DNA from: an uncultured Gemmatimonadaceae bacterium
Lineage (GTDB): Bacteria > Gemmatimonadota > Gemmatimonadetes > Gemmatimonadales > Gemmatimonadaceae
Reading direction: 5' to 3'
Assembly: GCA_963843845.1 (NCBI GenBank)
Contig: CAWJMB010000005.1
Coordinates: 64,001 to 128,000, forward strand
Length of the DNA: 64,000 nt
This document shows, one piece after another, positions 29,180 through 42,794 of this stretch; within the stretch, counting starts at the first letter, position 1, and each line of letters starts with the position of its first letter. Below the pieces are notes generated by a model. It was given only the letters and a program-made list of their open reading frames with translations. It did no database searches and was not told the DNA's origin. The translations under genes were made by a program, and so were the position numbers.

Positions 29180-30656
29180 CTACATCCGCGCCGCCGGCGA
29201 CGACACGCGGCGCACGAGCTGGTCGAGGAAGTCGAGCCCGTCGTAGAACGACTTCACGCGCAGCTTCTCGTCGCGCCCGTGCGCGTTCCCCTCGCCAGGC
29301 ACGGAGAACAGCCCGCTCACGCCGAACGTCGGGATCCCCGCGTCGCGGAGCTGCCGCCCGTCGGTCGCGCCGGTCGACATCGTCGGGATGATCGGGATGT
29401 CGCCGAACATCCGGCGCGTCAGCTCCGTCGTCGCGGCGAGCAGCGCGGGCTCGATCGGCGCCGGCGTGACGCCGAAGCGGCGCGTGTTCTGGAACGTCAC
29501 CGCGATCCCCGTGTCGGCGAGCGCCTTCACGATGCCGTCGCGCGTCTCCTCGGCGCTCGACGTCGGCGCGATGCGGCAGTTCACGTTCGCCGTCGCGCGC
29601 TGCGGCAGCGCGTTGTTCGCGTGGCCGCCCGCCAGGCGCGTCGCGACGCAGCTCGTGCGCGAGCATGGAGGCGTAGCGGTCGTCGCCGCGAAGCGTCGCC
29701 GTCGCCGCGGCGTCGTTCGGGTTCCGCACGATCGCCCGCATCGCCGACGCCAGGTCGGCGCGCGGCTCGACCTTCGCCGTCTCCTCGAAGAAGCCGCGCG
29801 TCACCGCGTTCAGCGTCACCGGGAAGCGGTGCCGCGACAGCCGCGCGAGCCCCGCGGCGAGCTGGTAGATCGCGTTGTCGGCGCGCGGCACGCTGGAGTG
29901 CCCGCCGGGGTTCGTCGCCGTCAGCGTGAAGTCGGTGTAGACCTTCTCCGCCGCCTGGATCGAGTGGAAGAGCGGCCTGCCGTCCGGGGTCAGCGTGCCG
30001 CCGCCGCCCTCGTTGATCGCGTACGCCGCGTCGATCAGCGCCTTGTGGTTCTCGAGCAGCCACGAGACCCCGTTCTTCGGTCCGCCCTCCTCGTCGGCGG
30101 TGAGCGCGAGGATCAGGTCGCGGTCGGGGGTCCACCCTTCGCGCTTCCACCACAGCAGGTTCGCCGCGAAGATCGCCGCCATCGACTTGTCGTCCGACGT
30201 GCCGCGGCCGAGGAAGTAGCCGTTCTCCTCGTGCAGCGTGAACGGGTCGCGCGGCCAGTCGGCGCGGTTGGCGGCGACCACGTCCAGATGCGCGAGAAGC
30301 AGGATCGGCTTCTGCCCGTTCGGCGCCTTGCCGCGGTAGCGCACGACGAGGTTCCCCTTGTCGGGGCGGTCGGCGGGGACGAGCAGGTGCACGTCGCCCG
30401 CCGGGAAGCCGGCCGCGCGGAACCGCTCCGCCATCGCCGCCGCGGCCGTCGTCACGTTGCCGACCGAGTCGGCGGTGTTGATCTCGACGAGCTGCTCGTA
30501 GACGTCGCGCGCGAGCTGCTGGCGCGGCGTGAGCGTGCGGGGGCCGGCCGGCGCCGGGGCGGCCGGCGCCTGCGCGTGCGACGCGCCGGCGGCGAGCAGG
30601 GAGCCTAACGCCAGGGTGCCTAACGCGACGCCGAGCGTGCCGAGTCTGGTGCGCAT
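29180..30656 (-). CDS. Exported M20/M25/M40 metallopeptidase (frameshift near 29660)
   Basis: LLLAHLDVV, GRGTSDDK, ADEEGG, NEGGG, GGHSS, STGATDG, AHGRDEK. Confidence 0.9.
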
Positions 30657-30664
30657 GCGGTCTC

Positions 30665-31012
30665 CTATTTTCCGGTCCACGTCTTCCACTCGGCCTCGTT
30701 CGCGCCGAGGGTGAGCTTGTGCTGGAAGCGCACGAGCGGGGTCTTGATGAGCAGCGGCTCGTCGGCGAGCAGCTGCAGCCACCGCTCGTCGCCGTAGAGC
30801 GCCGTGCGCAGCCCCAGCTCGGCGAAGCGCTTCCCCTCGCGGTCGATCAGCGCCTGCGCGCCGAACTTCTGCGCGAAGCGGCGCAGCTCGCCGAGGCTCG
30901 CGGCGCGCTCGTTCAGGTCGACGAAGTGCGTCTTCACGCGGCGCTCGGCGAAGAAGCGCATCGCCTTGCGCGTGTCGGCGTCCTTCTTCGTGCCGAAGAT
31001 CTGGACTTCCAC
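30665..31012 (-). CDS. ArsC/Spx/YffB-family protein
   Basis: GTG start; VQIFGTKKDADTRKAMRFF, PLLIKTPLV; no cysteine. Confidence 0.82.
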   Translation of the reverse strand: MEVQIFGTKKDADTRKAMRFFAERRVKTHFVDLNERAASLGELRRFAQKFGAQALIDREGKRFAELGLRTALYGDERWLQLLADEPLLIKTPLVRFQHKLTLGANEAEWKTWTGK

Positions 31013-31014
31013 GG

Positions 31015-31902
31015 CTACCGCACCGCCCCGCGCCGCCACGCGTCGTAGCGCCGTCTGAGCTCCAACAACGGGTTGTCCTCCCCCTTCGCCACCGTCACGG
31101 AGAGCGCCAGCCACGGCGCCCTGGGCGTGCCCTGGTCGCTCATCCCGATCCGCTCGGCGGCGTACGGCGCGTCGGTCCCGCGCGCGACGAGGATCATCGC
31201 CGTCGCCGCGGTCTGCCGGACCGTCGCGGTGTTGCAGCGCACGTCGCCGCCGGCCGCCGACCCCGCCTCGACGGCGCGCATCAGTCGGTCGGAGAGCGTG
31301 TTGAAGCCGGCGGGGTCGTCCCAGGTGAACGCGGCGAGCGTGCCCGAGACCACGCCTTCGCCGGCGAGCGTGTTCCCCTGCGCGCTGACGCCGCGGCTCG
31401 CGTCCGAGCGCACGCCCGCCCACGGCGCGTGGCCGTTGACCGGCGCACGGCCGTCGAGCATCGGCTTCCCGGTGAACCCGGCCGTCTGCACCTTGCCGCC
31501 GCGCATCGTCACGACGCCGTACTGGCGACTGCCCAGCCGCGCGTCGGTCGTGCTGTCGCTCACGCGCCGGACGATCTCGTCGGCCGTCAGCCCCTCCTGC
31601 AGCGCGGCGAACACCCGGTTGCGGTTGTCGACGTCGAAGGCGGCCTGCGTCGCCGCGGCGCCCTTGCCCGGAACGAGCGCGGCGAGCGCGTCGGCCAGCG
31701 TGTTCGCGACGCACGAGGCCATCGCGACGCCCACGTCGCCGGTCGCCGGATCGACGCCGACGACCGACCAGGTGTTCATGTCGAGCGTCTCGCCGCGCCG
31801 CGCCCGCGCGTCGGACCGGTCGGAGACCGACGACGACGGGCGGTGACAGCCCGCGAGGGCGGCGAGCGCGACGAGGGCGGCGCGGCGCGAGGAGGCGTGC
31901 AT
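31015..31902 (-). CDS. DUF1028-like (Ntn-hydrolase-like) lipoprotein
   Basis: Lipobox LAGC; TWSVVGVDPATGDVGVA, RQYGVV, AQGNTLAG, AGGDVR. Confidence 0.82.
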   Translation of the reverse strand: MHASSRRAALVALAALAGCHRPSSSVSDRSDARARRGETLDMNTWSVVGVDPATGDVGVAMASCVANTLADALAALVPGKGAAATQAAFDVDNRNRVFAALQEGLTADEIVRRVSDSTTDARLGSRQYGVVTMRGGKVQTAGFTGKPMLDGRAPVNGHAPWAGVRSDASRGVSAQGNTLAGEGVVSGTLAAFTWDDPAGFNTLSDRLMRAVEAGSAAGGDVRCNTATVRQTAATAMILVARGTDAPYAAERIGMSDQGTPRAPWLALSVTVAKGEDNPLLELRRRYDAWRRGAVR

Positions 31903-32057
31903 GAGAGCTGGCCGCGAGGAGTGGGGAGTGGTAACCGACGACGTCGTGCCGGGCGCGACGCGATGGTCAGGAAGGATGGAGGAAGGGATCGCGACTCGCC
32001 ACCACCGGCGCCACGACGCCCGCCGGCGGCGGACCTCGGCGGCGGGCGCGCGTGGCG

Positions 32058-34438
<2,381 letters not shown>

Positions 34439-34451
34439 GCGTCGCCCGCTT

Positions 34452-34634
34452 CACGGCGGGGTCGATACGGCGGGGGGACGCTACGGCGGGTTCCGCACGG
34501 CGTGACGGCTCCGGCGGTACGGCGCTGGCGAAACGGCGCCGCCGTACCGACCCCGCCGTACCGACAGCGCCTCACCGGCCGCGTGGGCACGGTGTATCGT
34601 CCCCGCCGGACCGACCCCGCCGTACCGACCCCGC
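34452..34634. repeat. Intergenic array of the 14-nt unit GCCGTACCGACCCC and its inverse
   Basis: Left (T)ACGGCGGG copies at 34452-34500; right cgccgtaccgaccccgccgtaccgac (34540-34565) and ccccgccggaccgaccccgccgtaccgaccccgc (34601-34634). Confidence 0.75.
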
Positions 34635-34685
34635 AGTGCCGAGCACGGCCGGCGCGGCATCCTCCAGCCCCTATCCCGCCCGTCC

Positions 34686-36520
<1,835 letters not shown>

Positions 36521-36528
36521 CACGTGTG

Positions 36529-36557
36529 ACGGCGGGACCGACCCCTGGTCCCGCCGT
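36529..36557. terminator. Hairpin between convergent ggt and susD-like genes
   Basis: Perfect 11-bp stem acggcgggacc/ggtcccgccgt; no long U tract. Confidence 0.55.
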
Positions 36558-36586
36558 TCAGGAGTGAGCCCCGCCGTCCGAAGCCG

Positions 36587-38242
36587 TCAGGGGCAGCGCG
36601 CCAACCCCGCGACCGGGCAGGTCTCGGGACTCGGCGCCGGCGCGCTCGACTGTCCGCCGGGCCCGCCGAACGTGTACAGCTCCTGTCGTAACGTTCCCAG
36701 CTCGCGCCCCGGCACCGGCAGTTGCGTGAAGCTGTTCTCCGGCAGCGCTCCCCACCCGCGCGCATCGAAGTACGCCGTCACGCCGTCCACGCCGAGCAGC
36801 TCGATGCCCTTCTCGTAGCGCAGCGCGTCCCACAGCGAGCCGCACGCGCCGCTGAACTTGCGCGGCACGCACCCCGGCTCGTCGGGCGGCCCGGCGATCG
36901 TCACCGGCGGCAGCTGCCCGTTCGCGACGCGCGTCTTGTTGATGAGCGGCACCGCCTCCGCCGCACGCCCGAGCCGGATGAGCCCCTCGGCCTTGAGCAG
37001 ATCCATCTCGGTGACCGTCAGCGCCGGCTGTGGCCCCGTCTGCCACGTCGTGCCCGTGCCGTACCGGAGGTAGTAGTAGTACGAGAATCGGTAGCTCCCG
37101 CGCGACGCCGCGAAGATCGTCGACGCGTTGTAGCCGAGGTACCGGCCAGGGGTCGCCGGCCCGCCGGCGCCCTGGATGCGGCGGTCCTTCGTGCGGAGCT
37201 GGAACGGCGTCCGACTGTCGTTCGGCGTGTTGTACCAGTTGATGAACCCGTTCGACGAGTCGGCGGCGCCGATCAACCAGTAGCTCGGCCGCCCATAGTC
37301 GCTCGGCGGGCCGGTGCGGACGCGGGCGACGAGGCGCTTCCAGTCGTCCCACAGAATGTCGGTCTGCGCGACGGGAGCGAAGTCGGCCGTGACGCCGGCA
37401 TCGATCCGCCGGATGACCTCGGCCCAATCGACCGTCCCCCGCTCGGCGCGCGTGCGCGGGGTGTAGGCGAGGAAGCGCGCGGCGTACGAGTTCGCGAGCT
37501 GCACGAACTGGTCGCGCGTCATCGCCTGGAACAGCCAACTGTCGACCGGGAGCGTGAAGCTCGTCGCGCGCGCCGAGGTGATCGCCTGGTCGAGCTGCGC
37601 GATCGCCGCCTTCGACACCTCGGCGTACGGCCGGAACTGCGGCGTCGTGATCGTGTCGAGCACGAGCTTCTCGTCGACGACGAACGCCTTGTCGTAGTAC
37701 AGCCCGAGGTAGCCGTGTGAGACACCCTGCAGGAACTTGCCGACCGCCTGCGTCCGCGCCGTGCGTGCGGCGTCGCCGACGACCAGCCCCTTGTCGATCG
37801 CCGCGAGCGCGTCGTTCACCGACGAGATCGTTCGATAGAGCCCGTACCACGGGTCGGCGTTCACGGCGCTGCGCGCATTCGCCGGACTGTTGTTCCACGC
37901 CGAGCGCGGCTCGGCCGACGGCTCGAGCTGGCCGAAGTCGGCGAAGCCGGACGTCACCTCGCGCGCCACGGTCGACAGCGCCCACGACGGATAGTCGTCG
38001 TGCCCGGCGACCGGCCAGAACGTGCGGAACGCGCTCGACACGAACGACTCGGCCGACGTCGCCTGCTGCGTGGCGCGCGCGCGGTCGGGCTCGTTCGTGT
38101 TCGTGACGGCCAGCTCCTGGCAGCCGACGACCAGAGCGCAGAGCGCGGCGCGCAGCGCGCGGAGGCCGTAGGCTCGGCGTCGGACGGTGGGATACTCGGC
38201 GCGCTGCGCGCCGCGCGCCGCGCTGCTATTCGTCTGCTTCAT
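36587..38242 (-). CDS. SusD/RagB-like lipoprotein
   Basis: Lipobox LVVGC; EMDLLKAEG, INKTRV, LRYEKGIEL, YFDARGWG, LPVP; translationally coupled to the TonB-dependent receptor. Confidence 0.85.
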   Translation of the reverse strand: MKQTNSSAARGAQRAEYPTVRRRAYGLRALRAALCALVVGCQELAVTNTNEPDRARATQQATSAESFVSSAFRTFWPVAGHDDYPSWALSTVAREVTSGFADFGQLEPSAEPRSAWNNSPANARSAVNADPWYGLYRTISSVNDALAAIDKGLVVGDAARTARTQAVGKFLQGVSHGYLGLYYDKAFVVDEKLVLDTITTPQFRPYAEVSKAAIAQLDQAITSARATSFTLPVDSWLFQAMTRDQFVQLANSYAARFLAYTPRTRAERGTVDWAEVIRRIDAGVTADFAPVAQTDILWDDWKRLVARVRTGPPSDYGRPSYWLIGAADSSNGFINWYNTPNDSRTPFQLRTKDRRIQGAGGPATPGRYLGYNASTIFAASRGSYRFSYYYYLRYGTGTTWQTGPQPALTVTEMDLLKAEGLIRLGRAAEAVPLINKTRVANGQLPPVTIAGPPDEPGCVPRKFSGACGSLWDALRYEKGIELLGVDGVTAYFDARGWGALPENSFTQLPVPGRELGTLRQELYTFGGPGGQSSAPAPSPETCPVAGLARCP

Positions 38243-41200
38243 CAGAACTCCACCTGCACAGATCCAGTGATGGTCCGGTACCGCGGATAGCCGAACGAGT
38301 CGAGCTTGATGACCGTCGGACGGTTGGAATCGCTCACTTCGGGGTCGTAGCCCTTGTAGTTGGTGAACGTCACGAGGTTGCGGCCGATGAGCGACAGCGA
38401 CAGTCCGCGCGCACCGACGCGCGACAGCGGGCCGGCGAAGCGGCGGCCGACGTTGTAGCGCACCGAGAGCTCGCGCAACTTCACGAAGCCGCCGTCCTCG
38501 ACGAAGTAGTCGGTCGGCGAGTTCGCCGCGTAGAGCGCGACGTAGTAGTCGACCGGCTTCTTCAGCTCCTGCTCCTTGCCTGCCTGGTCGACGTCCGCGC
38601 TCCGGCCGTACTGATACATGCGCTGGTTCGTCTGATTGTAGACGTTCCCCCCTTTCACGACGTCGACGAGCCCGAAGAAGCTGAAGTCGCGCCACGTCAC
38701 GTTGTTCGACAGTCCGACGTGGAAATCGGGATTGCCGTCACCGATCTGCACGAGCGCCGCGTTCCCGGCGGCGTCGCGCTGCGTGATCGGGATGCCGAAC
38801 TGGTAGGTCGACGTACCGATCGTCACCGCCGGCGACCCCCACAGTCGCTTCGTCTCTCCCTCCTTGAACGTGTTGCCGGGGCCGACGTACACGAGCAGCC
38901 CCTCGTCGTTCACCTGGAACTCGCTCGCCCGGGCCTGCACATCCTGTGGCAGCTCGTTCACGCCCGTGATGAAGCGGAAGCCGTACATGGCGCCGAGCGT
39001 CGTTCCCGCGCAGCGGTAGGCGATGGTCTGCGTCGTGTAGCAGGGCACGTCGAGCTGACTGATCCTGTTGCGCGAGCGGTCGGCGACGAGGCCGACGCGC
39101 CACGCGAGCTTCGGGCTGCGCAGCACCTGCGCCTCGAACGTTCCCTCGACCGTGTTGCCGTCGACGGTGCCGGCGTTGCGCCACTGCGTCGTGTAGCCGT
39201 AGAAGCCGGCGAGCGGCACCTGCAACAGCTGGTCGGTGACGTGGCTACGGGCGTAGGACAGTTGCAGCGAGTAGCGCTCGTGCCAGATCGCGTCGAGCCC
39301 GACCTCGGTCTCGCGCGCCAGCTCCGGCTTCAGGAACTTGTTGCCGAGGTTGACCTTGCGGAGGCCGCCGCCGGTCGTGAACTGGAGCGTCTCGAACTGA
39401 TCGTCGAAGTCGGGGCGGCCGCCCGCCGTGCCCTGCGACAGTCGCAGCTTCAGCTCGCTGAACCCGTCGATCGGGAACCACTTCTCCTCGGCGACGCGCC
39501 AGGCGCCGCTCGCGCGGTAGTACGTGTTCCACCGCTCCTCGGGGCCGAACAGCGAGCTGCCGTCGCGCCGCACGAGGCCGTCCAGGATGTAACGGCCGCG
39601 ATAGTCGGCGGCGAGCGACCCGAAGTAGCTGTCGGTGCGGATCTGCTCGAGCGTGCTCGTCGGGAAGAAGCGCTGCGTCGCGTTCTCGAGGCTCCGCACG
39701 CCGGGCACCGCGAGGAACGTTCCGTTCGCCGTCACGACGTTGTTGTCCTCGCGCTCCTGCAGCGCGCGGAGCGTGCTCCGCAGCGTCAGCGCGCCGAACT
39801 TCTGCAGGAAGTTCGCGCTCGCCGCGGCGTTCAGCGCGTCGGTCGTGCCGTTCGTCTGCGTGATCTCGCCGGGCCCGCCCAACGCGAAGCCCTCGGTCTT
39901 CACGCCCTGGTCGAGGAAGAAGGTGTTCAGTCGGTCGGAGCGGTCGTAGCTGATGTTGCCGTCGATCGTGAGCCAGCCCAGCGGCGTGTAGCGCGCCTCG
40001 ACGCTGCCCTGCGTGCGCGCGCGCTTGCGGCGGCGCTGCTCGGTCGCCAGCACGTAGAGCGGGTTCTCCTCGCGCCCTTCGGTCACGTCGCCCTGGAACA
40101 GGTACGGCGTGCCGTCCGGGTCCGGCGCGCGCAGGTCGACGTCCGGGGCCTGGTTGATGAGGTCGAAGAACGTGTCGCCGTACAGCTCCTGCCGGTTGGA
40201 GCGGCTGTGGTAGCCGCTGAACGACAGTCGCACGTTGTCGACCGGCCGGTGGTCGAGGTTCAGTCGGATGTCGTTCTGGTCGTAGCGCCCGGTGTTGAGC
40301 ACGACGCCGTCTTCCTTCGAGTTGACGTACGACAGGAACCAGTTCGTCTTGCCGCCGTTCTGCGCGACGTTGACCGAGCTCCGATACGTGTTCCCGGGAT
40401 TGAAGAAGCGGTCGACCTGGTCGAACACCTGCCCCGGATAGACGCCGTCCTGAAAGCGCGTGTAGACCGGCTTCGCCACCCGGCGCGCGCGGTCGACGAC
40501 GTTGCCGGCCGCGTCGACGTACTGCCCCTGTGCGTTCGTCAGGTAGAAGTGGTTCTGCGCCCACGTCATGTTGCCGCCGAGCTGGTTCGACCCGAACTCG
40601 CTGCGCGCGGTGACGCGCGTGGCGCCGTCCGTGACGTTCGACCCGCGCCGCGTGCGGATCGAGATGACCCCGCTCGACGCGCGCGAGCCGTAGAGCGACG
40701 CCGCCGCGGCCCCCTTCACGACCTCCATGCTCTCGATGTCCATCGATTCGAGGTCGGCCGTCGAGCCGCTGAACGACTGACTCAGGATCACTCCGTCGAC
40801 GACGATGAGCGGGCTGATCGACTTGTTGATGCTCGTCGGCGACCGGAGCTGGATGTTCGTTCCGCTCCCCGGCTGCCCGCTCGGCACCACGGTGACGCCG
40901 GCGATCTTGCCCTGGATCGTCTCGACGGCGTTCGTCGCCGGCACCGGCGCGTTCTCCGCGTCCACGCGCCCGACCGTGAACGGCACGCGCGTGCCGCTCG
41001 TCGGGTCGACGACGCCGGTCGTGACGACCGCTTCCAGCGTGAGCGGCGCCGTGCCGAGTCGGAGCGGCACGTCGGTCGCCTCGCCGGCCGCGACGCGCAC
41101 CGCCGCGCGCGACGTCGGACGGTAGCCGAGGCGTCGCGCTTCGACGGTGACGGTGCCGGCCGGCACGCCGCCGATCGTGTAGCGGCCGGTCTCGTCGGTC

Positions 41201-41418
41201 GCCGCGCCGAAGCGCGTGCCGGCGACGTTGACCTGCACCGCCGAGAGCGGGCGGCCGCTCGCCGAGTCGGTGACGGTGCCGGTGATGCGGCCCGTGGAGG
41301 CCGGGGACGCAGGCGGTTGCGCCGAGGCCGTCGCGGCGAGCGACGGCACGGCGAGGACGCATGCCGAGAGGGCCGCGGCCACCAGAGGGGCGGCGCGGGT
41401 GGAACGGGCGCGAGACAT
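38242..41418 (-). CDS. SusC/RagA-type TonB-dependent receptor
   Basis: Signal peptide, carboxypeptidase-regulatory-like N-domain, PLIVVDGV, EVVKGAAAASLYGSRASSGVI, RRDGSSLFG, YKGYDPE, terminal Phe. Confidence 0.95.
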   Translation of the reverse strand: MSRARSTRAAPLVAAALSACVLAVPSLAATASAQPPASPASTGRITGTVTDSASGRPLSAVQVNVAGTRFGAATDETGRYTIGGVPAGTVTVEARRLGYRPTSRAAVRVAAGEATDVPLRLGTAPLTLEAVVTTGVVDPTSGTRVPFTVGRVDAENAPVPATNAVETIQGKIAGVTVVPSGQPGSGTNIQLRSPTSINKSISPLIVVDGVILSQSFSGSTADLESMDIESMEVVKGAAAASLYGSRASSGVISIRTRRGSNVTDGATRVTARSEFGSNQLGGNMTWAQNHFYLTNAQGQYVDAAGNVVDRARRVAKPVYTRFQDGVYPGQVFDQVDRFFNPGNTYRSSVNVAQNGGKTNWFLSYVNSKEDGVVLNTGRYDQNDIRLNLDHRPVDNVRLSFSGYHSRSNRQELYGDTFFDLINQAPDVDLRAPDPDGTPYLFQGDVTEGREENPLYVLATEQRRRKRARTQGSVEARYTPLGWLTIDGNISYDRSDRLNTFFLDQGVKTEGFALGGPGEITQTNGTTDALNAAASANFLQKFGALTLRSTLRALQEREDNNVVTANGTFLAVPGVRSLENATQRFFPTSTLEQIRTDSYFGSLAADYRGRYILDGLVRRDGSSLFGPEERWNTYYRASGAWRVAEEKWFPIDGFSELKLRLSQGTAGGRPDFDDQFETLQFTTGGGLRKVNLGNKFLKPELARETEVGLDAIWHERYSLQLSYARSHVTDQLLQVPLAGFYGYTTQWRNAGTVDGNTVEGTFEAQVLRSPKLAWRVGLVADRSRNRISQLDVPCYTTQTIAYRCAGTTLGAMYGFRFITGVNELPQDVQARASEFQVNDEGLLVYVGPGNTFKEGETKRLWGSPAVTIGTSTYQFGIPITQRDAAGNAALVQIGDGNPDFHVGLSNNVTWRDFSFFGLVDVVKGGNVYNQTNQRMYQYGRSADVDQAGKEQELKKPVDYYVALYAANSPTDYFVEDGGFVKLRELSVRYNVGRRFAGPLSRVGARGLSLSLIGRNLVTFTNYKGYDPEVSDSNRPTVIKLDSFGYPRYRTITGSVQVEF

Positions 41419-41585
41419 CGTGCCTCCGAAGAGGGGCGGAAAGGAGCGAAGTGAGCGGCGGCGTGGCTCGGGCCACCGACACGGCTTACGGAGAGCCGCC
41501 GCCGATCGTTCGCGGCGGGCGTCGTCCGCTGTGTGACCCGCCCCAGCGCCGTTGCGTTACCGGCTGCCGTCCGCAGACCGCACAC

Positions 41586-41665
41586 CGCACCGCCGCGGCC
41601 GAGGGTGGTCGGCTACGGCGCGACCGCGGCGTGGCCGACCGCCTCGGCCGCGCCGCGACGGTGCG
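41586..41665. terminator. Long GC hairpin immediately after the alpha-hydroxy acid oxidase stop
   Basis: gcggccgagggtggtcggctacg pairs with cgtggccgaccgcctcggccgc; outer cgcaccg/cggtgcg. Confidence 0.5.
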
Positions 41666-42784
41666 TCACGCGCAGAGGTCGCGCCCCACGTCGCGCACCG
41701 ACGCGCAGCCTGCGAGCGCCATCGCCAGCGCCAGCTCCGCGCGCAGCATGCCTAACGCCGTCGCCACGCCGGCCTCGCCGTCCACGGCGAGCCCCCACAG
41801 CACCGGCCGTCCGACGAGCACGGCGCGGGCGCCGAGCGCGAGCGCCTTCAGCACGTCGGCGCCGCGCCGCACCCCGCCGTCGACGTAGAGCTCGAGCCCG
41901 CCGTCGGCGTCGGAGAGCGCCTCCGCGACCTCGCGCAGCGCGTCCGCCGTCGCGACCGCCCCGTCGAGCTGCCGCCCGCCGTGGTTCGACACGACGACCG
42001 CCGCCGCGCCGTGCTCCGCCGCCAGCCGCGCGTCGTCGCCGCGCACGACCCCTTTCACGACGATCGGCAGCCGCGTGATCGAGCGCAGCCACGCGACGTC
42101 GCGCCACGTCAGCGACGGGTCGAGCATCTCGCGGATGTACGCCGCGAGCCCCGAGTCGCCGGCCGCGGCGCCGAGCGCCTCCTTGCCGGAGCCGGCGAGG
42201 TTCGCGCACGTCAGCCCGTCGGGGAGCGCGAAGCCGTTGCGCATGTCGCGCCACCGCCGCCCGAACAGCGGCGCGTCGACGGTCAGCACGAGCGCCCCGT
42301 ACCCCGCGCCCTCGGCCCGCTCGACGAGCGCGCGCGTGACCGCGCGGTCCTTGTAGACGTAGAGCTGGAACCAGCGCCCGCCCGACGCGCTTCCATCCGC
42401 AGTGCCCGCCGCGCGCCGAGCCGCATCGTGTTCCGTCGCGACCGCCTCGAGCGACGTCGTCGCGAGCGTGCTGAGGATCATGACCGTCCCCGCCGCCGCC
42501 GCGGCGCGCGCCGTCGCGAGCTCGCCGTCGGGGTGCGCCATGCGCTGGAACGCCGTCGGCGCGACGAGGATCGGCATCGACACCGGGGCGCCCAACACCG
42601 TCGTCGCGAGGTCGCACGACGAGACGTCGACGAGGCAGCGCGGCCGGAGCTTCACCCGCCGCCACGCCTCGACGTTGTCGCGCAGCGTGCGCTCGTCCTC
42701 GGCGCCGCTCGCGTAGTAGTCGTAGGCCATCCGCGGCAGCCGCTCCGCCGCGGCATCGTGCAGATCGTCGATGGTCAGGTGCAT
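41666..42784 (-). CDS. FMN-dependent alpha-hydroxy acid oxidase/dehydrogenase
   Basis: YDYYASGAEDE, WFQLY, LTVDAP, VVKG, VSNHGGRQLD, DGGVRRGADVLKALALGA. Confidence 0.95.
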   Translation of the reverse strand: MHLTIDDLHDAAAERLPRMAYDYYASGAEDERTLRDNVEAWRRVKLRPRCLVDVSSCDLATTVLGAPVSMPILVAPTAFQRMAHPDGELATARAAAAAGTVMILSTLATTSLEAVATEHDAARRAAGTADGSASGGRWFQLYVYKDRAVTRALVERAEGAGYGALVLTVDAPLFGRRWRDMRNGFALPDGLTCANLAGSGKEALGAAAGDSGLAAYIREMLDPSLTWRDVAWLRSITRLPIVVKGVVRGDDARLAAEHGAAAVVVSNHGGRQLDGAVATADALREVAEALSDADGGLELYVDGGVRRGADVLKALALGARAVLVGRPVLWGLAVDGEAGVATALGMLRAELALAMALAGCASVRDVGRDLCA

Positions 42785-42794
42785 GGAGAGGCCG

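Noticed and set aside
26181..30782. 1533-aa fusion ORF
   Set aside because: Chimaera of the M20 N-terminus, off-frame PQQ dehydrogenase sequence and the esterase, created by an indel.
34452..34634. CRISPR array
   Set aside because: Units are 14 nt, abut without unique spacers, occur in both orientations, and no cas genes are present.
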